Position numbers and translations under genes: made by a program. Shown here piece by piece: positions 59,418 through 64,000 of a stretch of DNA of 64,000 nt. Location: NCBI GenBank assembly GCA_030430325.1, contig JAUIFR010000001.1, positions 387 through 64,386 on the forward strand, written 5' to 3'. The notes under the pieces are model-generated. The model was not told the DNA's origin. It ran no database searches and worked only from the letters and a program-made list of their open reading frames with translations. The stretch is from Bacteroidia bacterium (GTDB lineage: Bacteria > Bacteroidota > Bacteroidia > Cytophagales > Cyclobacteriaceae). Position 1 is the first letter of the stretch, and each line of letters begins with the position of its first letter.

Positions 59418-60038
59418 ATGAAAATCTTTTATTATTTAGGGATTGCTCTACTAGCAATATTAACTTTAGGATCGGCTCAAGCACAGCTTTCGAAGCAGGA
59501 AGTAAAGGAGTGGAAAAAGAAAAAGAAAAGCATGTCTCCTGAAGAGTTAAAAAACTTGATGGAAGAAAATACTTCCCTAAAAGAACAAGTAAGCAGCATG
59601 GGTAGCCAAGTTTCTAGCCTGCAAGCAAGAATTAGCGATAAGGACAATGAAATTTCGGAACTGCAATCTGACCTTGACAATGTTCAACAGCAGTTATCAG
59701 AGGCTAAAAAGGCAGCTCAAGCAGCTCCACCTCCAAGTGAAAACGTAGAAGCAAGTAGTGGAAGCACACGCTTGGTTAAAGGCGTAGTATTTAAGGTGCA
59801 AATTGGTGCATTTAAGAATAAGGACTTATCAAAATATTTTGATAAGAGTGATAATTTTGGTGGAGAAAGTAACGATGATGGTGCTCAGCGCATTACTTTG
59901 GGTAGTTTTATGGATTATTGGGAGGCCGATACTTTCAAAAAATACCTGCGGGAGATGGGTGTAAAAGATGCTTGGATCGTTAGCTATAAAGATGGTACAA
60001 GGGTTCCTCTTAAAGACGTATTAGAAGGCGTAATCTAA
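59418..60038 (+). CDS. Secreted coiled-coil protein with a C-terminal SPOR-like domain
   Basis: It has a signal peptide, a heptad-rich middle region and the segment VFKVQIGAFKNK... Confidence 0.5.
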   Translation: MKIFYYLGIALLAILTLGSAQAQLSKQEVKEWKKKKKSMSPEELKNLMEENTSLKEQVSSMGSQVSSLQARISDKDNEISELQSDLDNVQQQLSEAKKAAQAAPPPSENVEASSGSTRLVKGVVFKVQIGAFKNKDLSKYFDKSDNFGGESNDDGAQRITLGSFMDYWEADTFKKYLREMGVKDAWIVSYKDGTRVPLKDVLEGVI

Positions 60039-60064
60039 TAAGATAACAACACTATTATGTGAGC

Positions 60065-60090
60065 ATGGGGGCATTCGCCCCCATTTTTTT
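60065..60090 (+). terminator. Intrinsic terminator
   Basis: The sequence is atgggggcattcgcccccat followed by tttttt. Confidence 0.8.
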
Positions 60091-60116
60091 GATTAAATTT
60101 AGCAAAACACATTGAA
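60089..60116. repeat. Copy of the dispersed AT-rich palindromic element
   Basis: The sequence is ttgattaaatttagcaaaacacattgaa. Confidence 0.5.
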
Positions 60117-60136
60117 AATTGAGTGCCATACTCAAT

Positions 60137-61525
60137 CTATGAACGAACTGTTATGATTTCCTTAATATCCTGAATAATCTTATTGGCTAGGTGGTCGGCA
60201 GTAGCTAGTGAGTCCGCTTCAGCATAAATTCGAATAATAGGCTCGGTGTTTGATTTACGTAAATGCACCCATTCTCCCTCAAAAATAATTTTGACCCCAT
60301 CAGTCGTATTTATTTCTTGCTTTTTGTACTTCTCTTTTATTTCGTTTAGAATATGGTCTACATTTATCCCTTCCTCCAGCTCAATTTTATTTTTAGATAT
60401 ATGATATGTCGGAAATTGACTTCTTAAAGCAGATACAGACTTGCCCGTTTTTGCAAGTTGTGTAAGAAACAACGCAATACCAACTAATGCATCCCTTCCA
60501 TAGTGCAACTCTGGATAAATGATGCCGCCATTACCTTCTCCCCCAATCACAGCATTTTGCTCTTTCATCATTTTCACTACGTTTACTTCACCTACTGCTG
60601 AAGCAAAATATTCTCCTCCACGCTTAATCGTTACATCTTTAAGTGCTTGTGTAGAAGACAAATTAGATACCGTATTACCAGGCTTGTGTTGCAGCACATA
60701 GTCAGCAATTGCCACCAAACTATATTCCTCTCCAAATAATGACCCATTTTCACACACCAATGCGAGCCTGTCAACATCTGGGTCTACTACAATACCCAAA
60801 TCAAATTTACCCTTCTCCATTTTATGGCAAATATCTTGCAAGTGCTCAGGTAGGGGCTCTGGGTTATGCGGAAAAACACCTGATGCCTCCCCATATACGC
60901 TTTCAAAGCTTTTTACACCCAGTGCTCTTAACAGTTTGGGGATTACAAGCTCACCGCTCGAGCAAACGGCATCAAACACAATATTAAAATTAGCCTTAGA
61001 AATAGCTTGAGCGTCTACCAAGGGCAATTGTAAAATTTTCTGAATATGTTCATCAATAAAATCTGATGAAGCATAGGTTCCAATTTGCTTAATAGGTGCA
61101 TAATCAAAATCTTCGCTTTCACAAAGCTCTAGTATAGTCTCTCCTTGCTCTGCACTAATAAATTCACCCTTATTATTTAGAAGCTTTAAAGCATTCCATT
61201 GTGCAGGATTATGACTAGCCGTAATGATAATACCGCCATCAGCATCTAATTCAGGCACAGCCATTTCAACAGTAGGTGTCGTCGAAAGGCCTAAATCTAC
61301 TACATCGGCTCCAGCACCCATAAGTGTTCCGCTTACAAGTTTTGTCACCATATCTCCAGAGAGGCGCGCATCTCTACCGATGACGATCTTTAGCTTTTTG
61401 TCTGATTGTTTCAGCAGCCTAACATAGGCCGTACAAAACTTAACCATATCTTTTGGGGTAAGCCCTTCACCAGAATGTCCACCTATCGTTCCGCGTATTC
61501 CTGAAATAGATTTTATTAATGCCAC
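60137..61525 (-). CDS. glmM: Phosphoglucosamine mutase
   Basis: It has the active-site Ser context TASHNPAQWN and the metal loop VDPDVDR. The start codon is GTG. Confidence 0.85.
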   Translation of the reverse strand: MALIKSISGIRGTIGGHSGEGLTPKDMVKFCTAYVRLLKQSDKKLKIVIGRDARLSGDMVTKLVSGTLMGAGADVVDLGLSTTPTVEMAVPELDADGGIIITASHNPAQWNALKLLNNKGEFISAEQGETILELCESEDFDYAPIKQIGTYASSDFIDEHIQKILQLPLVDAQAISKANFNIVFDAVCSSGELVIPKLLRALGVKSFESVYGEASGVFPHNPEPLPEHLQDICHKMEKGKFDLGIVVDPDVDRLALVCENGSLFGEEYSLVAIADYVLQHKPGNTVSNLSSTQALKDVTIKRGGEYFASAVGEVNVVKMMKEQNAVIGGEGNGGIIYPELHYGRDALVGIALFLTQLAKTGKSVSALRSQFPTYHISKNKIELEEGINVDHILNEIKEKYKKQEINTTDGVKIIFEGEWVHLRKSNTEPIIRIYAEADSLATADHLANKIIQDIKEIITVRS

Positions 61526-61770
61526 AACTATTAAATTTGATACAAAGATAGAACTTATCCAGGCAAATTTTTATTAAATTGTACTAATTTTTAATTTGAA
61601 AGCGTCCATTAGTTATTTGTGTAGTTATTAAAATTGTACTTTTTAAAGATTTATATCTTTTTTTTGTGCAAAAAATTTGTAGATTGGTTAGTTTCTTTGC
61701 ATTTATCCAAGAAATTTTATCAATAAAATCCAATTGTTATTTTTTGCCCATAAATATACTAATAATAAAA

Positions 61771-61809
61771 TGGGCCCAGTAGGGCTCGAACGACCCTCTG
61801 ATTATGAGT
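61771..61809 (-). pseudogene. Decayed 3' half of a CAT-anticodon tRNA (Met/Ile2 type), a probable island att remnant
   Basis: The reverse complement is ACTCATAATCAGAGGGTCGTTCGAGCCCTACTGGGCCCA. It parses as anticodon loop CTCATAA, stem TCAGA, variable GGGTC, T-loop TTCGAGC, T-stem 3' CCTAC, acceptor 3' TGGGCCC and discriminator A. Four nt of the T-stem 5' strand are missing, and there is no 5' half. Confidence 0.6.
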
Positions 61810-62052
61810 TAAATATTTGTTTATCTGCTTGCCAAAAATAAAATATTTTATTATATTTGATTTACTGACTCCTATTTTTTACTTAGTGTGATTTGCAAAA
61901 TTTTAATGTTAGTAAAACGTTCTTTTTAAGATCTAAGTACTTTCTAATTTATCATTTTTAACACATACTGAATAAAACAAGTTGAATTCATAAATGTCTA
62001 TGTATTCTGATGTCAGTCAACATAACCTAGAGCTAGCAGAATATTTTATATT

Positions 62053-64000
62053 ATGCTAATAGATGAGAGACAATTAAAAAAAGCCTCCGGAGTAATTTCT
62101 TCTCCAATTATATATAATAAGGAATATCAACTTAATATGCCGCAGATGCTTTTTGGCGGTCTATCTGAGAACTGGATATCAAAAGAGTGGGGTGACATAC
62201 ACTGGAATATGATCATGGAAGGCCTTGGAACAGCTTCTGACCAACTAACAGACAGCTTAGGTGAACGTCTTTACGCCAGTTTTGTGCGTATTTGCTGGCA
62301 AAGCGAAAACGCCTTATTTGCTTTTAAGGAGAACGAACGTTTTTCTATTCAGAGCGAACTCTCGCGTTATGGTGGGAAAATGTTTTTTAGTGATGCTGTG
62401 CTACAAACCCATGATAAAAAAATTGTGGCCTCTTTGATGAGCGTATTTTCTTCCCGTAATGAAGGGGACAACACGAATTTGCAAAAAGGGGAGCCTGCTA
62501 CAGGCAAAACCACCAATATTAAAAACCATGATAAACTCCCCTCATTTGCTAAAACATACTTGGAGGCCAAAAGCACTTGGCATACTTCAGACAATAACAC
62601 AGTTACACATGACCTAGGAGAATATGCTTTTCCTGTAGTTTCAGAAAACATCTATCAATGTGACTATACCATTGACCCTTATGATGATGTAAACGGGGTT
62701 GGTTTGCTCTATTTTGCTTCCTACCCCAAGATCAACGACAAATGTGAAAGGTTGTATTTCCAAGAGCAGGTACAAAGAGAAAAAGGTTGGAAAGACTGGG
62801 CCGAACAGGGCAGCACCTTGGCACGTGATGTATTTTTTTTTGGGAATGCCAACCCCGGTGACCTATTAAGTTACCGACTGGATAGTTGTAAGTTCCTCGA
62901 AGATAAAAAAGTGCTGCTCTCATCCTCATTGTATCGCAAAAAAGATGGGTTCCTGATCGCACGAATATTTACGATTAAGGAACTTAAAGAGGTAAGAGAA
63001 GGTAGAAAAAAAGTTACAAAGAGTAGGTCAAGCCATAACAAAAATCAAAAGGGAGCAACTACCCTGCTAAATAAGACAGAACTCAGTAAAGCCATCATTG
63101 ATTTCTTTTCGTCTATGTTGGAAATAGAGCATTTGGATGAACAAACTAACCTGAAACCTTATCACATTGAGTCGATCGTATATTTGGAACTATCTGAATA
63201 CCTGTCTGCAAAACATGGCATATTAAGTAACCCCAGTCGTTTCTATGGCCTTAACACAGTCAGCGCGATCAGCGCGTATTTACTTAGTCAAAATATTGAT
63301 AATAAGGACGATAACCATCTATTTGATCAAAAAAATGTAACAGAGGAAAGACAAGAAAAACTGCCTTCTCAAAAGAACGTTAGCAGATCAAAGGAAGAAT
63401 ATACTAGCGATGATATAGCGATCATAGGATACAGGTTTCGCCTACCAGGAGCTGTGAGCAAACAAGCCTTATGGAAGCTGTTAAAAGAAAAAAAATCAGC
63501 GATTTCAGATACTCCTTCAAAGAGATGGAACTGGCCTGATTGGGTTGATCCCGGTACTACACATCAGGGTATTAATAAAGGCGGGTATATCGAAGACATA
63601 GATAAGTTTGATGCTTCATTTTTTAGACTATCACCTGGGGAAGTGAAATTATTGGATCCTCAGCAGCGACTACTGCTTGAGCTTAACTGGGAGCTACTGG
63701 AGTCTTCAGGCTATAAAGCCTCAACCTTAAAAGAAAGTAATACAGGAGTATTTATAGGAGCTAGTGGTAACGATTACGAGCTTTTGCTGTATGAATATCA
63801 AAGCTGGCATACTTTAACAGGAGTAGGAACATCTAATGCCCTTCTTGCCAACAGGCTTTCTTATTTTTATGATTTTGAAGGCCCCAGTCTCCAGATTGAT
63901 ACGGCTTGTTCTTCATCTCTGGTAGCACTGCATGAAGCTGTTAAATCGCTCCAATTAAAAGAATGTGACAGTGCTATTGTTGGTGGTGTTCATTTGATGT
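62053..64000 (+). CDS. Type I polyketide synthase, 5' part: LnmK-like double-hotdog domain, ACP, then KS (continues beyond the window)
   Basis: My own translation is MLIDERQL..LNMPQMLFGGLSENWISKEWGDIHWNMI..GERLYASFVRI.. (hotdog/LnmK-like). ACP has ..YHIESIVYLELSEYL (Ser codon 63172-63174). KS has DDIAIIGYRFRLPGA..DPQQRLLLE..DTACSSSL. It is missing from the ORF track because it is truncated by the window. Confidence 0.8.
   Translation, partial: MLIDERQLKKASGVISSPIIYNKEYQLNMPQMLFGGLSENWISKEWGDIHWNMIMEGLGTASDQLTDSLGERLYASFVRICWQSENALFAFKENERFSIQSELSRYGGKMFFSDAVLQTHDKKIVASLMSVFSSRNEGDNTNLQKGEPATGKTTNIKNHDKLPSFAKTYLEAKSTWHTSDNNTVTHDLGEYAFPVVSENIYQCDYTIDPYDDVNGVGLLYFASYPKINDKCERLYFQEQVQREKGWKDWAEQGSTLARDVFFFGNANPGDLLSYRLDSCKFLEDKKVLLSSSLYRKKDGFLIARIFTIKELKEVREGRKKVTKSRSSHNKNQKGATTLLNKTELSKAIIDFFSSMLEIEHLDEQTNLKPYHIESIVYLELSEYLSAKHGILSNPSRFYGLNTVSAISAYLLSQNIDNKDDNHLFDQKNVTEERQEKLPSQKNVSRSKEEYTSDDIAIIGYRFRLPGAVSKQALWKLLKEKKSAISDTPSKRWNWPDWVDPGTTHQGINKGGYIEDIDKFDASFFRLSPGEVKLLDPQQRLLLELNWELLESSGYKASTLKESNTGVFIGASGNDYELLLYEYQSWHTLTGVGTSNALLANRLSYFYDFEGPSLQIDTACSSSLVALHEAVKSLQLKECDSAIVGGVHLM

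Noticed and set aside
62367-62962. Two minus-strand ORFs (62367-62651 and 62732-62962)
   Set aside because: They are antisense to the PKS reading frame, which has unmistakable ACP and KS motifs on the plus strand.

Overview
The window looks like a Bacteroidota chromosome. This is inferred from AT-rich DNA, no Shine-Dalgarno signals, a T9SS C-terminal sorting domain, a GxxExxY gene, an alternative CcmD and TSP3/OmpA proteins. About 14.2-61.5 kb is a housekeeping core: thiL, glyQS, two-component proteins, prolyl oligopeptidase, acyl-CoA dehydrogenase, pepP, ABC-F, lspA, gmk, an ECF sigma/anti-sigma pair, ccmBCD, kdsA, fumC and glmM. Two accessory regions flank it.

Left accessory region (1-14.1 kb):
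- the 5' part of a large unknown protein;
- a GxxExxY cassette bracketed by 41-nt inverted CGGAT-type repeats and disrupted by an IS630 element;
- a secreted TPR-CHAT protease whose coding sequence changes composition abruptly at about 5225;
- a very AT-rich second prolyl oligopeptidase;
- an unannotated 42-aa peptide with a leader-like N-terminus and a GG motif;
- an integrase-less primase/helicase element next to tRNA-Thr.

Right accessory region (61.8-64 kb): a decayed 3' half of a CAT-anticodon tRNA, followed by a type I PKS that opens with an LnmK-like double-hotdog domain, then ACP and KS, and runs off the window.

Other points worth a second look:
- a transaldolase/FSA-fold domain fused to a KdsD-type CBS pair directly after kdsA, with no SIS domain;
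- an iodotyrosine-deiodinase-like nitroreductase;
- a Fic/Doc protein with Gln in place of the catalytic His;
- a dispersed ~28-nt AT-rich palindrome found at many gene ends;
- IS630-derived relics, one of them MITE-like.

No CRISPR array or rRNA gene was seen. All functional calls come from reading the translations and recalling family motifs. No searches were run.
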